Below are positions 18,634 to 29,430 of a DNA stretch of 64,000 nt, piece by piece (within the stretch, counting starts at the first letter, position 1; every line of letters begins with the position of its first letter). The stretch lies in the NCBI GenBank assembly GCA_964453605.1, contig CAYVOI010000001.1, positions 102,276-166,275 of the forward strand. The letters are read 5' to 3'. Made by a program: the position numbers and the translations under genes. The notes under the pieces are model-generated. The model had not been told where the DNA came from. It saw nothing but the letters and a program-made list of their open reading frames with translations, and did no database searches. This DNA comes from an uncultured Gammaproteobacteria bacterium (GTDB taxonomy: Bacteria; Patescibacteriota; Patescibacteriia; Veblenbacterales; UBA10138).

Positions 18634-19920
18634 TCAGGTGAGTTCGGGGTAGAGCGGGTGGGCAGTAGTAAGGCCTCGCACCTTTTTGCGTATGTCGTTT
18701 AGTACTGCGTCGTCTCCTGGGTGTTTTAGTGCTCCGATAATCAACTCACCAACCTCGGACATGTTTTGTTCCGTGAATCCACGGGTGGTGAGCGCTGGCG
18801 TGCCCAGACGAATGCCTGACGGATCAAATGGTTTGCGAGGATCGAACGGGATGGTGTTTTTATTCACAGTGATCTCAACTTGTCCCAGTAATTCTTCAGC
18901 TTGTTTGCCAGTCAAGCCAAGTGGCGTCACATCAGCCAGAATAAGGTGATTGTCAGTACCGCCGGTAATAAGCCGTAGGCCGCCAGTAGTCAAAACTTCA
19001 GCCAGCCGTTTTGCGTTTTTTACTATTTGCTGGCCGTACATTTTAAATTCAGGTGTAGCTGCTTCTCTGAGCGCTACCGCAATGGCAGCGGTTTGGTGGT
19101 TGTGTGGCCCACCCTGCAAGCCAGGTATAATGGCTCTGTCGATTAAGGTGGGTAAATTCTCTCGTGACCGCTCCATAGCTTTAAGCGGATTAGAAGGATT
19201 ACCGCTGCACAGGATGAGTGCTCCGCGTGGTCCACGTAGAGTTTTGTGAGTGGTTGTGGTAATTACATCGGCAATACCAGCGGGCGATGGATGAGCTCCT
19301 GCTACGATGAGCCCTGCGATGTGAGAAATGTCTGCCACTAGAAAGGCACTACAGATATCGGCAATGGTCCGGAGCTTTTGCCAGTCAAAAATGCGGGGGT
19401 AGGCCGTGGCCCCAACAAAAATAAGCTTTGGTTTGTGCTGACGTACGAGCTCGGCCATTGCTTCGTAATCGAGGTAGCCGTCCTGATCAGTGCGATACTG
19501 TACCGAGTTGAACCACTTGCCGGAAAAATTTACCTTGAGCCCGTGGGTCATGTGACCACCGTAGTACAGTTCGAGCCCCATCACCGTGTCGCCCGGGTCA
19601 ACTAGTGCGTAGTACACGGCTAGGTTAGCCGGACTGCCAGAATAGGCTTGCACGTTGGCATGTGATACACCAAAGAGCGTTTTAGCCCGCTCGCGGGCAA
19701 TATCTTCAATTTGATCAACGAATTCGCACCCCCCATAGTACCGTTTTCCAGGGTAGCCCTCAGAGTACTTGTCAGTGAGGCGGGACCCCAAGGCTTCCAG
19801 AACCGCTGGGGAGGTAAAGTTTTCGCTTGGGATCATTTCCAAGCCATCCCGTTGGCGGGCAACTTCAGCCTCGATTAGCTGAGCAATTTCGGGGTCCTGT
19901 GCCTTTATGTGTTCGAACAT
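18634..19920 (-). CDS. glyA: Serine hydroxymethyltransferase
   Basis: SEN, KYSEGYPGKRYYGG, TTTHKTLRGPRG, GIRLGTPA. Confidence 0.97.
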   Translation of the reverse strand: MFEHIKAQDPEIAQLIEAEVARQRDGLEMIPSENFTSPAVLEALGSRLTDKYSEGYPGKRYYGGCEFVDQIEDIARERAKTLFGVSHANVQAYSGSPANLAVYYALVDPGDTVMGLELYYGGHMTHGLKVNFSGKWFNSVQYRTDQDGYLDYEAMAELVRQHKPKLIFVGATAYPRIFDWQKLRTIADICSAFLVADISHIAGLIVAGAHPSPAGIADVITTTTHKTLRGPRGALILCSGNPSNPLKAMERSRENLPTLIDRAIIPGLQGGPHNHQTAAIAVALREAATPEFKMYGQQIVKNAKRLAEVLTTGGLRLITGGTDNHLILADVTPLGLTGKQAEELLGQVEITVNKNTIPFDPRKPFDPSGIRLGTPALTTRGFTEQNMSEVGELIIGALKHPGDDAVLNDIRKKVRGLTTAHPLYPELT

Positions 19921-20093
19921 AGCGTTTACTATGGTAGCCATTGCCGCCCGGTTTGTCTATGTAGTGAGGTGAAAAACGCCGGGGCATTGGTCATGCAATA
20001 ATGCTTTTGTTTCCCATGCCTGTCATTTTTATCTTGTTGAGACGCCTGACGCAGGCTATACTACCTATAGTCTTTTAGCTAACAAGTTGTACT

Positions 20094-21209
20094 ATGCGAC
20101 GAGTTCAGTTTTCATGTTTGACCCTTGGTTTGCTCTCGACAGTTCTTATGCCAGGGAGTTTAGCGGCTGCTACACAACCCGATGTACCTAGCATTCCCAC
20201 GACCACTAACTACTACGCGGCAGGAGAGACTGTGGTGGTAAAAGATGATGTGGAGAGTGATGTACTGGTGGCCGGGGGCAACGTAACCGTGACTGGCCAA
20301 GTTGGGGGTGACGTGTTGGTTATTGGCGGTAACGTCCAGGTGGCAGGCCAGGTTATTGGTAACGTGCGGGTGCTTGGGGGTAATGTCGAACTTGCTGGTT
20401 CGGTCGGGCACAATGTTTCGGTGGTTGGGGGTACGTTGGTGCTTGGCAAGAGCTCGCGGGTTGGGGGGCACGTCAGTGCTGCGGTTGGCTCGCTGAAGCT
20501 CGAGGGTACCGTTGAGGGGAGCGTGCAGGCTGCGGCAGGTGATGCGGTGGTGGCCGGTGAAGTTAAGGGCCCTGTTGAGGTATGGCTTGGGCGCGATGGT
20601 CAACTTGAAGTTGCGAGCACCGCTGTAACCGGTGCTGGGTTTACCTACCACGCCTCCCGACCGGCTACCGTAGGTGCTGGGGCTAAGTTGGCACAAGTGC
20701 CAGAGCTTAAACCGTTTGTACTAACCAGAGACCAGGGCCATGTGGGCTGGCTCATTTCGCTATTTGGAAGTTTAGCTCTAGCCCTTGTGCTGGTGCGGTT
20801 ACTGCCTAAAAAGTTAATGGAAGTAGCCAGCGAAGCGTTGGCACACCCTTGGAGTTCTTTGGGTAAGGGGGCGCTCTGGGCGGTGGTAGTGCCCTTGGCT
20901 GTAATTGTTATGCTACTTACGTTGATTGGTCTGCCCATTGCGCTAGTACTCGGTGCTGTTTACGTAGTTGGTGTACTCGTTAGTAAGGTGGTGGCTGGAG
21001 CGGCCGTGGGGTGGTGGCTCAAGCAGCGACCCCAGCTCAAGTTTATGCAGAGCTGGTCCACGCTGTGGCTGGTACTGTTTGGTGTAACCTTGTTCCGACT
21101 CGTGACGTTTATTCCTATCCCCGGCACTTTGGTTGGTTTGGTTGCCATGCTCTGGGCCTGGGGAGCACTCATCGAGGTGCAGCGGCGTACTCTAGCTTCA
21201 TTCCGGTAA
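20094..21209 (+). CDS. Bactofilin-like (beta-helix) membrane protein
   Basis: Signal peptide, repeated GG.V.V.G.V.G[DN]V, C-terminal TM bundle. Confidence 0.75.
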   Translation: MRRVQFSCLTLGLLSTVLMPGSLAAATQPDVPSIPTTTNYYAAGETVVVKDDVESDVLVAGGNVTVTGQVGGDVLVIGGNVQVAGQVIGNVRVLGGNVELAGSVGHNVSVVGGTLVLGKSSRVGGHVSAAVGSLKLEGTVEGSVQAAAGDAVVAGEVKGPVEVWLGRDGQLEVASTAVTGAGFTYHASRPATVGAGAKLAQVPELKPFVLTRDQGHVGWLISLFGSLALALVLVRLLPKKLMEVASEALAHPWSSLGKGALWAVVVPLAVIVMLLTLIGLPIALVLGAVYVVGVLVSKVVAGAAVGWWLKQRPQLKFMQSWSTLWLVLFGVTLFRLVTFIPIPGTLVGLVAMLWAWGALIEVQRRTLASFR

Positions 21210-21212
21210 GCT

Positions 21213-22541
21213 GTGCCATTCTCCGATGCCATCTTTAAAGCTTACGATATCCGCGGGGTATACCCCGCGGAGCTTAATGAAGAGGCAGCGGAGGCTGTGG
21301 GTCGCGCGGTAGCTAAGCTTGTTCAGGGTGGCCGCGTGGTGGTGGGCAGGGACATGCGCTTGTCGTCACCCCAGCTCCACCAGGCACTCATTACGGGCCT
21401 CAGGCAGGGTGGCTGCGCGGTTGATGACATGGACCTGGTCCCTATAGACGCGGTGTACTTTGCCGTGGGGAAGTTTGGGTACGACGCCGGTGTTATGGTA
21501 ACTGCCTCGCACAACCCGCCGGAGTACAATGGGTTTAAAATTATGCGTAAAGGCACGCAGTGGGTGAGGGGGAGCGAGCTTAAGGAGCTCGTGGGGACCT
21601 TTAACGCACAGGCTCCAGTTGCTGGTTCGCTGTCGGAGTTTGATATCTGGCCCTCTTACCTTGAGCACGTGCGTTCATTCGTTCACCCCGAAATGTTGAA
21701 ACCACTTAAGGTCGTGGTAGATGCTGGTAACGGCATGGCTGGTAAAGTTATACCAGCGCTCTTTACAGGGTTACCGTTTAAGCTTACGCCGCTCTTTTTT
21801 GAACTCGACGGCTCGTTCCCCAACCGGCAGTCTAACCCCCTACTCCCAGGTTCTTCTGAGGCCGCTGCCGCTAAAGTGAAAGCAGTAGGAGCCGATGTCG
21901 GCGTGATGTTCGACGGCGACACTGATCGCGTGTTCTTTCTTGATGAGCAAGGTACATTTGTACCAGCCGATGTCACCATGCTCCTCTTGGCTCGCGAGTT
22001 CCTAAACCGTGAACCCGGTGTAGCTATTGGCTATAACCTTATCTGTTCTCGTGCAGTACCGGAGTTTATTACCCGATGGGGTGGTAAGCCTATTCGCACG
22101 GCCGTAGGTTACGTGAATGTGAGTCAGGCTATTTTAAAGCAGGGTGCCGTTATGGGTGGCGAACTCTCAGCACATTATAGTTTTCGTGATAACTATGCCG
22201 CCGACTCAGGCATGATTGCACTTCTCCTAGTATTGGAGCTTCTTTCGCGCGAGGGCAAACCTTTGTCAGAACTCGTTCACGAGTTTAGCCTTTACACTAA
22301 GGCCCCGGAGTTAAACTTGAAAGTCGCCGACAAAGATAAGGTGCTCGCCGCAGTTAAGGCTCGCTATGCTGATGCGCAGGTAGATGAGCTCGATGGTGTA
22401 ACCGTAAGCTACCCCGACTGGTGGGTGAATGTTCGCCCCTCGAACACTGAGCCACTACTTCGCGTGACGGTGGAGGCAAAAGACGGTGCACTACTCCAGC
22501 AAAAGCAGGAGGAGATTAAACGTTTGGTGGAACAGGTATGA
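21213..22541 (+). CDS. Phosphomannomutase/phosphoglucomutase
   Basis: FKAYDIRG, TASHNP, DGDTDR, RPSNTEP. Confidence 0.93.
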   Translation: MPFSDAIFKAYDIRGVYPAELNEEAAEAVGRAVAKLVQGGRVVVGRDMRLSSPQLHQALITGLRQGGCAVDDMDLVPIDAVYFAVGKFGYDAGVMVTASHNPPEYNGFKIMRKGTQWVRGSELKELVGTFNAQAPVAGSLSEFDIWPSYLEHVRSFVHPEMLKPLKVVVDAGNGMAGKVIPALFTGLPFKLTPLFFELDGSFPNRQSNPLLPGSSEAAAAKVKAVGADVGVMFDGDTDRVFFLDEQGTFVPADVTMLLLAREFLNREPGVAIGYNLICSRAVPEFITRWGGKPIRTAVGYVNVSQAILKQGAVMGGELSAHYSFRDNYAADSGMIALLLVLELLSREGKPLSELVHEFSLYTKAPELNLKVADKDKVLAAVKARYADAQVDELDGVTVSYPDWWVNVRPSNTEPLLRVTVEAKDGALLQQKQEEIKRLVEQV

Positions 22542-23317
22542 TAGGCTTGTTTGATTCCGGTGTAGGGGGGCTTACGGTGGTAAAAGAGGTGCAGCGTCGG
22601 CTGCCCAAAGTGCAGCTGACCTACTTTGGTGACACGGCGCGTACGCCCTACGGTAACAAATCGGCTGAAGTTATTGAGCAGTACGGTTTGGAAGCTGCTA
22701 AGTTTTTAGTTGAGCAGGGGGCCCAGGTGCTGGTGGTGGCTTGTAACACTGTTTCGGCCTTAGGGCTTGAGGCCATAAAAAAAGCTTACCCCACACTGCC
22801 GGTGTTCGACGTAATAACGCCTGCCGTGGTGCGGGTTATTGCAGACAAGGTAGCCCGGGTTGGGGTTATGGGTACACGTGCTCTGGTAGGGAGCGGCATT
22901 TACCAGCGCTTGCTTAAAACTGCACCTGGAGTCACCGTTACTGCTAGCGCCGCGCCCCTCCTGGTGCCGCTCGTCGAGGAGAACTGGCTCGACAAACCAG
23001 AAACTAAACGGATAGTTAAACACTACCTCACGCCGTTCAAGCAAGCTCAAGTTGAGGCGGTGGTGTTGGCCTGCACACACTACCCACTGCTTAAGAAACT
23101 CATTTCCGCGCGCGTGGGTAAGAGTGTACAGGTAATTGACCCAGCTGAGGCCACGGCCGAGGCACTAGTCGAGTGGCTGAAGCAAAATCCGCCCGTGACC
23201 CAGAGCCTAACTCATGGCCCGAGCCACTTCTACGTGTCTGACCTTACCCCGCAAGCCCAAGCTATTGCTCAACGCTGGCTCGGGAGTAGTATTACCTTAG
23301 AGAAAGCTCACCTCTAA
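22538..23317 (+). CDS. murI: Glutamate racemase
   Basis: FDSGVGGLTV, PYG, ACNT, LACTHYP. Confidence 0.95.
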   Translation: MIGLFDSGVGGLTVVKEVQRRLPKVQLTYFGDTARTPYGNKSAEVIEQYGLEAAKFLVEQGAQVLVVACNTVSALGLEAIKKAYPTLPVFDVITPAVVRVIADKVARVGVMGTRALVGSGIYQRLLKTAPGVTVTASAAPLLVPLVEENWLDKPETKRIVKHYLTPFKQAQVEAVVLACTHYPLLKKLISARVGKSVQVIDPAEATAEALVEWLKQNPPVTQSLTHGPSHFYVSDLTPQAQAIAQRWLGSSITLEKAHL

Positions 23318-23321
23318 GTTT

Positions 23322-24329
23322 ATGGCTGAAATTGTTTTTACGGAACTCGAAGGTTGGGAGGAGGACTACCTCCGAGATAAGCTGCCCGGGCATAAACTCA
23401 CGTTTATTCGCCGACCCCTACAGCCGCAGGATTTTGATGGCTTGAAGCGCGCCCAGGTGCTTTCGCCCTTCATTTACACGCCGGTTACCGCCGAGGTACT
23501 AGAGAAACTGCCCGAGCTTAAGCTAGTAGCTACCCGCTCCACGGGGTTTGACCATGTGGATCTGAAAGTGTGTGCTGAACGCGGCATTATCGTTTGTAAT
23601 GTGCCATACTACGGCGAGAACACCGTAGCTGAACACACTTGGGCTTTAATCCTGGCCCTGTCCAGAAAAATTTTTCAGTCGTACGAGCGCACGGAGAAGG
23701 GTGACTTTACTACCACGGGACTTCAGGGCTTTGATCTCAAGGGTAAAACGTTGGGGGTGGTAGGCTGCGGACACATAGGTCAACACATGGTGCGGTATGC
23801 CAAGGCGTTCGAGATGAACGTGCTTGTTTATGATGCGCGACCGAACCAGGAGCTCGCCAACGCGCTAGGGTTTACGTATGTATCCTTGGACGCCCTGCTT
23901 AAAGAGGCAGACGTTATAACGCTCCATGCGCCGTACAATGAGAAAACTCACCACCTTTTGAATTTGGACAACATGAAACTTATTAAAAAGGGTGCTGTGC
24001 TGGTGAACACAGCTCGTGGCGGGTTAATAGATACCGCAGCACTCGTGGCAGCGCTCGAAGACGGCACCCTCTGTGGTGCCGGGTTAGATGTGCTGGAAGA
24101 GGAGTGTTTTATAAAAGAAGAGAGCGAGCTGCTCTCTCCAGAGTTTCACAAGAAGTGCGACCTCAAAACGCTAATCGCCAACCACGTGCTCCTCAAACGC
24201 GACGACGTTATTATTACCCCGCACAATGCGTTCAACAGTGCGGAGGCACTCTACCGCATCTTGGACACCACCATTGAGAACATCCTAGGGTTTTTGGAGG
24301 GCAGAGTTGTGAACCAGGTTAACATGTAG
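23322..24329 (+). CDS. D-2-hydroxyacid (D-lactate) dehydrogenase
   Basis: RSTGFDH, G.GHIG, NTARG, LDVLEEE, TPHNAF. Confidence 0.9.
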   Translation: MAEIVFTELEGWEEDYLRDKLPGHKLTFIRRPLQPQDFDGLKRAQVLSPFIYTPVTAEVLEKLPELKLVATRSTGFDHVDLKVCAERGIIVCNVPYYGENTVAEHTWALILALSRKIFQSYERTEKGDFTTTGLQGFDLKGKTLGVVGCGHIGQHMVRYAKAFEMNVLVYDARPNQELANALGFTYVSLDALLKEADVITLHAPYNEKTHHLLNLDNMKLIKKGAVLVNTARGGLIDTAALVAALEDGTLCGAGLDVLEEECFIKEESELLSPEFHKKCDLKTLIANHVLLKRDDVIITPHNAFNSAEALYRILDTTIENILGFLEGRVVNQVNM

Positions 24330-24345
24330 TTGGCTTGGGTAAGAG

Positions 24346-24381
24346 AACAGCCCGTGTCTTTTCTCAGACACGGGCTGTTTT
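24346..24381. terminator. Intrinsic terminator between convergent genes
   Basis: aacagcccgtgtct-loop-agacacgggctgtttt. Confidence 0.75.
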
Positions 24382-24415
24382 GCTATAGCCCTGGCTGTTG
24401 AGTTTACAGCTCGTT

Positions 24416-24865
24416 CTACATTAGTGGCATCAGCATGCTTCCTACCACGAAGCATGTGATAGTGCTGCAGGATTGGCGTAAGAGGCCGTCGAACTTATCA
24501 TGCCAAACAGCGGCCCAGGTAGCCGGCGGCACAAGGAACGCAGCGTAAAAGACGAATACCCCATCGGGGTTGTAGCCCCTCATTGCAAATGGTGCGGCCG
24601 CTACTATCCCGCCGAGGAAGAATGCAAGCGCCAGTTCCTTTGCTTGTGGCGTAATTAGCCAGGCCCAGCGGGGGCCGAGCATACTTAGCAGTCCGCCGAG
24701 CGAGAGTGCTAGTAGTACCGCGGTAATTACTGCCGCGTGGTAGTCGGTTGGCTTGCCGGGAGTCCATTGTTCACTGGGTACTAACTTGAAGTGCCAGGCG
24801 ATGAGCGCTGCGGCCGTCAGTACACCGGTTACAATGTTTAATTTTATGAAAGCACGTTTTTCCAT
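24416..24865 (-). CDS. Hypothetical membrane protein (orphan cassette)
   Basis: AGGAG RBS, TTGACA-17-TACCAT promoter, hydrophobic. Confidence 0.65.
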   Translation of the reverse strand: MEKRAFIKLNIVTGVLTAAALIAWHFKLVPSEQWTPGKPTDYHAAVITAVLLALSLGGLLSMLGPRWAWLITPQAKELALAFFLGGIVAAAPFAMRGYNPDGVFVFYAAFLVPPATWAAVWHDKFDGLLRQSCSTITCFVVGSMLMPLM

Positions 24866-24947
24866 TGCTAGTCTCCTGTTGTTATTGCATGATGTTGATT
24901 TAATTTGTTAGTATTGTAACAGCTTATGGTAGCCTATTGTGTAATGT

Positions 24948-25694
24948 ATGTCAAGGTTTAGCAGGGGTATTGAGGGCGCCGGGAAATTTTTTGGCGAACA
25001 TGTGGCCAAACACGCACTTGAGTTTGCTCGCCGCCAAGTTGAACGTTTCGAAGTTGATGTGGCTGGTCTTGAAAATCTACAAGAGCTAGCCAACCGCCCC
25101 TACCTGTTAGCGGCCAACCACGTAAAGCCCGAAGGTAAGACAGCGCAGCAATCTGCCTTGGCGCCCGATGCTTTGGTGTTGGAGCACATCGTGCACGAGG
25201 CAACGAATCGTGAGTTGAAAATTATTGCTAAATCTGACGATGGTTGGTGGTCAGAAAATTTATGGCGTCGCTTTCTGCAGCGGCAGAGCCAACCCTTCGG
25301 CAAGGGTATGCACGAAGCCCTAGGGTTTATTCCTATTAAGAAAAATTCAGGCAGCTTTAATAGGGATTTTGTTCAGCTGGTTGAGCGAGCCGTGGCCGAT
25401 GGCAACCCCCTGCTCATGTTTCCTGAAGGCGTTTGGAAAGATACGTTTGACCCTAACGCCAGGCTTGAGGACGGCGTAGCATTTATTGCGCAAAAGCATG
25501 GTTTGCCAATTGTGCCCGCGTACCTTGAGGGTGCTACCAGCTGGGAACCAGGTACAGAGGTCAGGGTTGCTTTTGGGCCTCGCCTAGAGGCTGACCGTTT
25601 TCAAACGCGAGAGGAGCTACTAGCAGCGCTCAGGCAGAGCCTGGGGGTTCTGCAAGCTGAGTCAGAGATTGCAGACAAAAACACCTTGAGTTAA
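24948..25694 (+). CDS. PlsC-like acyltransferase
   Basis: ANH motif (atypical spacing to Asp), FPEG, PIVP. Confidence 0.75.
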   Translation: MSRFSRGIEGAGKFFGEHVAKHALEFARRQVERFEVDVAGLENLQELANRPYLLAANHVKPEGKTAQQSALAPDALVLEHIVHEATNRELKIIAKSDDGWWSENLWRRFLQRQSQPFGKGMHEALGFIPIKKNSGSFNRDFVQLVERAVADGNPLLMFPEGVWKDTFDPNARLEDGVAFIAQKHGLPIVPAYLEGATSWEPGTEVRVAFGPRLEADRFQTREELLAALRQSLGVLQAESEIADKNTLS

Positions 25695-25711
25695 ATTTTG
25701 ATTTTTATGAA

Positions 25712-25744
25712 AGCGGCTCGAACCTGTGGCAGGTTCGAGCCGCT
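25712..25744. terminator. Hairpin between convergent genes
   Basis: agcggctcgaacctg-tgg-caggttcgagccgct. Confidence 0.7.
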
Positions 25745-25753
25745 GATATTTCT

Positions 25754-26299
25754 TCATAGCCTTTCTACCAGACTCTGGTAGAAAGGGTTTCTGCTCAGGG
25801 CAGCAATGGAGGCGGCACGATCGCCACTCAGCCAACGCATTTTGACGGCAACTGCCAAGCAGACAGCCTCATCGCAGAGGCCATAGAGCCCAGAGAAGGA
25901 CAGAATGACATCATCAGCTCGGAACACACCGTCCTGCTCCGTTTGCTCGGCACGTTCTGCCTTGATGCTTTCCTCTTCTTCGGCGCGAATAGCACCTGGC
26001 CACTCGTCGAGCTCGGGGTGCTGCGACTGGAAACTGCTCATGTGCTCGGGGTGAGCGAGCAGTCTGAACGCTTTTTCCTGTGACAGCCGGAAGTACTTCT
26101 CCATTTTTTCTTCTGGCATTTCGCTGATAGGTATAATAAGGGCCGGTTGTTTGGCCTCGAGGTCGATGACCGTGAGGTAGCCACCCCTGCTTTCTGGTCT
26201 GGGGTTGCCGGGGAGTTTGGCGCTCAACTCAACCGCCCGTTCAACGTAGTGGATGAGCATTTCTCTCGTCCGTGTAACTAGTCCAGGCATGATGTTCAT
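25754..26299 (-). CDS. Hypothetical protein, possibly GlcG/HbpS-like fold (orphan cassette)
   Basis: AAGGAG RBS; EKA, GAI and SG....DE pattern. Confidence 0.6.
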   Translation of the reverse strand: MNIMPGLVTRTREMLIHYVERAVELSAKLPGNPRPESRGGYLTVIDLEAKQPALIIPISEMPEEKMEKYFRLSQEKAFRLLAHPEHMSSFQSQHPELDEWPGAIRAEEEESIKAERAEQTEQDGVFRADDVILSFSGLYGLCDEAVCLAVAVKMRWLSGDRAASIAALSRNPFYQSLVERL

Positions 26300-26492
26300 G
26301 CTATTTCTCCTTTGTTGTAGGTTTTTGTGGTTTATGATTTTCCGTCGGGCGCAAGCATTTCCCAAGAGAGAAGCATAAACATTGTAAATGAGCTTTTTCG
26401 TAACACCTTACTGTAATTTAAAAACCGTCATTCTGTCAAGGTTTACTAAAAAACCGAGGCGCGTATGAGCCTCGGTTGTGTACAGTAGAATC

Positions 26493-27482
26493 TTAAGCTA
26501 ACCCCATCCGTTCCTTTACATCTTGCAGCGTTTTCTGCGCGATAAGGCGAGCTTGGTCGCGACCGGCCCGTAAGATGCGCGTTACCTCCTGTGGCTTGGC
26601 CGCCAGCTCAGCCCGGCGCGCCTGAATAGGCTTCAGGGTTTTGATAATAGCTTCAGCTAGGAGCGGCTTGAACTCACTGTACTTAAGCTCGCCTGCGCGG
26701 TACTGTTCCTCCAAGCTTTGCTTGGTGGGTTTGTCGTCCGAGAGCACCTTAAACAGGTCCAGCAGGTTCCTGCCACCTGTGACGGCGCCTTGGTCAGAGC
26801 CCTGGTCGGTGACCGCTTTGGCTATCTTTTTCCGAATAGTGTCAGGGGAGTCGCTCAGAGCGATGTAGTGCCCACTGCCAGAAGACTTGGCCATTTTTCT
26901 AGCGGGCTCTAAGAGCGACATGACCCGCGGCACGGTGGCTTCATACGCTTTGGGCTCTTTGAAGTACTCACCAAAGGTGCTGTTGAACTTGCGCACCAAG
27001 GTGCGGGTGAGCTCGAGGTGCTGGTACTGGTCTTCGCCCACGGGTACCAGGTCAGGGTGGTAGAGCAGAATATCAGCCGCCATGAGCACGGGGTAGTTGA
27101 GGAGCCCGGCGTTCACCGGTTCGTGCTGCTCCCGTGCTTTTTCTTTGTACTGCGTCATGCGTTCCAGTTCCCCTAAGGGGGTGATGGTGTTGAGCAGCCA
27201 GGCGAGCTCGGCGTGTTCAGGGATTTGCGACTGAACAAAGATGACACACTGTTCTGGGTTCAACCCGGCCGCGAGGTAGTCCAGCGCAATTTCATGCACC
27301 TGACCGGGCATGGCTTTGGGGTCGTAGGGTACGGTGATAGCGTGCAGGTCTACAATGCAGAAAAAGCAGCGGTTGTCTGCTTGCAGGTGCACCCAGTTCT
27401 TTAAGGCACCGAGGTAGTTACCAAGGTGAAGCTCGCCTGATGGCTTTATGCCCGAGAGTATTACCTTACCTTTGGGGAACAT
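26493..27482 (-). CDS. trpS: Tryptophan--tRNA ligase
   Basis: PSGELHLGNY, YPVLMAADIL, VPVGEDQ, KMAKS. Confidence 0.96.
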   Translation of the reverse strand: MFPKGKVILSGIKPSGELHLGNYLGALKNWVHLQADNRCFFCIVDLHAITVPYDPKAMPGQVHEIALDYLAAGLNPEQCVIFVQSQIPEHAELAWLLNTITPLGELERMTQYKEKAREQHEPVNAGLLNYPVLMAADILLYHPDLVPVGEDQYQHLELTRTLVRKFNSTFGEYFKEPKAYEATVPRVMSLLEPARKMAKSSGSGHYIALSDSPDTIRKKIAKAVTDQGSDQGAVTGGRNLLDLFKVLSDDKPTKQSLEEQYRAGELKYSEFKPLLAEAIIKTLKPIQARRAELAAKPQEVTRILRAGRDQARLIAQKTLQDVKERMGLA

Positions 27483-27569
27483 AGTTGTGAGTTGATAGTT
27501 CGTAGTCGTTAGTTCTTAGTATAGAGCAGCGGGTGGTACTTTAGGAACTATAGACTATCACCTAAGAAC

Positions 27570-29375
27570 TTAAACTTCAATTACCACCGGGAGTATCATG
27601 GGCCGGCGCTCTATTTTCTGGAACAGGAACTGGCCTAGGTCGTTGCGGAGTTTGTCTTTGAGGTAGGCTTCATCGGGTCTGCCCTTGTCGCCGTCGCCAT
27701 GGAGAATGTGCTTGACCTTGGTGCGCATTTCTTCAATCAAGCGTCGGTTGTCTTTCATGTACACAAACCCACGTGAGATAATGTCGGGACTCCCAACCAC
27801 CTTGCCGGTTTTGCCATCCACTGTTGCCACCACCACCACCATGCCGTCGGTAGCCAGGGCTTGCCGGTCCCTGAGCACGACGTGGGAAACGTCGCCCACT
27901 CCCAGGCCGTCCACAAACACGTACTCAATGGGGATTTTTTGTGCCAGCACCTTAACGCCAGTGCGCGAGGCTTCCGCCACACTGCCGTTGTCGAGGTAGA
28001 GAATGTTTTGCGGTGGGAAGCCTATGGACATAGCTACCTTGCCCGCCTCCTTCAACATATAGTGGTTGGCGTAGACGGGGATGAGGTATTTAGGTTTTAC
28101 CTGGCGAATGAGGAGCTTAATATCCTCAATAAAGGCGTGGCCACCACCGTGCACGTCCATAAGCTCTTTGTGAATGACGTTGTCGCACTGCCGGTAGAGC
28201 GTATCTTTGAGACGCTGAATCGTACGTTCGTTACCAGGGATGACCGACGAGGAGAAGATTATAGTATCTTTGCGCTGTATTTTTATTGAGCGGTGTTCGC
28301 CTGAAGCGATGCGGTTTAAGACCGCGCGGTCTTCACCCTGGGCGCCGGTACAGACGACGATAACCTTGTTCTCGGGGTAGTCATGAATACGCTTAACGTC
28401 AATGACCGTCTGTGGGCGGAACTTGAGGTAGCCAACCTTTTTGGCGATTTCGACGTTCATTTTCATGGAGTAGCCGTCGAGCGCCACCTTTTTCCCAAGC
28501 TGCTCGGCAATCGAGATGAGCCAGCCCACCCGCTCCACCATGGAGGCGAAAGTAGCGATGATAACCCTGCCGGGTGCGTGCTCAATAATGCGCTTAATGG
28601 TGCGGAACACCTCAACCTCGGGGATTTGTGAACCTTCTTTGGTAGAACCTAGGGATTCCATCATGAGAACGGATGGCGTGGTGCGTGTGTTCCAGCGTGC
28701 CAGGTGTGAGAAGTCAGTTGGTTTGCCAGTCACCGGGGAGAGGTCATAGCGCCAGTCACCGGGGTGAATAACGTTCGCCACTGGCGTTTGAACAATAACG
28801 CCAAAGGCATCCATGATGGAGTGCGTGACGTCGAAAAAGCCTACGCGAATGCTCCCTAGGGTAATTTGCTCGTTGGCAGACTTAATTTCATAAGCTTTGA
28901 GGAAGCGTTGGAGGTTGGTTTCCTCTAAGCGCCGGCGGACCAAGGCCAGTGTCATTTTACTGGCGTAGACTGGCGGCCACCCCAGCTGGGGCAGAATGTG
29001 CGGCAGGGCGCCAATGTGGTCCAAGTGGCCGTGCGAAAGCACTAGCCCTCGAATGTTACGCTCTTTGCCCCTGAGGTAGCGAATGTCGGGGACAATGTAG
29101 TCTATGCCCGGCATGTCCTCTTCAGGGAACTGGAGACCGGCGTCGAGTATCATAATATCGCTGCCATACTCGAATACGGTCATGTTGCGGCCCACTTCCT
29201 CTTGGCCCCCGAGGGGGATAATGCGCAAGCGCGGCTCACCGCTCGGGGCAGGTTGAAGCATGTCGCCTGGTTTTTGTCCGGGTAGTGTGCCGCCCGGGTG
29301 CGGCGCACCAAACCCTCGGCGCATAGGTGGCCGTGCATTTCGGTGCTTAAAACGGTTGAATCGTTCATTAGTCAT
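27570..29375 (-). CDS. rnj: Ribonuclease J
   Basis: PLGG.EEVG.NM, HGHLDHIG, TGAQGE, SRGF, R.PMILPV. Confidence 0.95.
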   Translation of the reverse strand: MTNERFNRFKHRNARPPMRRGFGAPHPGGTLPGQKPGDMLQPAPSGEPRLRIIPLGGQEEVGRNMTVFEYGSDIMILDAGLQFPEEDMPGIDYIVPDIRYLRGKERNIRGLVLSHGHLDHIGALPHILPQLGWPPVYASKMTLALVRRRLEETNLQRFLKAYEIKSANEQITLGSIRVGFFDVTHSIMDAFGVIVQTPVANVIHPGDWRYDLSPVTGKPTDFSHLARWNTRTTPSVLMMESLGSTKEGSQIPEVEVFRTIKRIIEHAPGRVIIATFASMVERVGWLISIAEQLGKKVALDGYSMKMNVEIAKKVGYLKFRPQTVIDVKRIHDYPENKVIVVCTGAQGEDRAVLNRIASGEHRSIKIQRKDTIIFSSSVIPGNERTIQRLKDTLYRQCDNVIHKELMDVHGGGHAFIEDIKLLIRQVKPKYLIPVYANHYMLKEAGKVAMSIGFPPQNILYLDNGSVAEASRTGVKVLAQKIPIEYVFVDGLGVGDVSHVVLRDRQALATDGMVVVVATVDGKTGKVVGSPDIISRGFVYMKDNRRLIEEMRTKVKHILHGDGDKGRPDEAYLKDKLRNDLGQFLFQKIERRPMILPVVIEV

Positions 29376-29430
29376 ATCTGTGTAGGGCTAGCAGAGCTAG
29401 CGGTTGTTAGTTATAGAATTCAGTAGTTAG

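Noticed and set aside
18634-18636. Alternative genetic code (TGA recoded)
   Set aside because: glyA and recG end at TGA at normal length, and conserved genes have no internal TGA.
19921-20093. ZTP or THF riboswitch upstream of glyA-folD
   Set aside because: Expected conserved motifs not found on the - strand.
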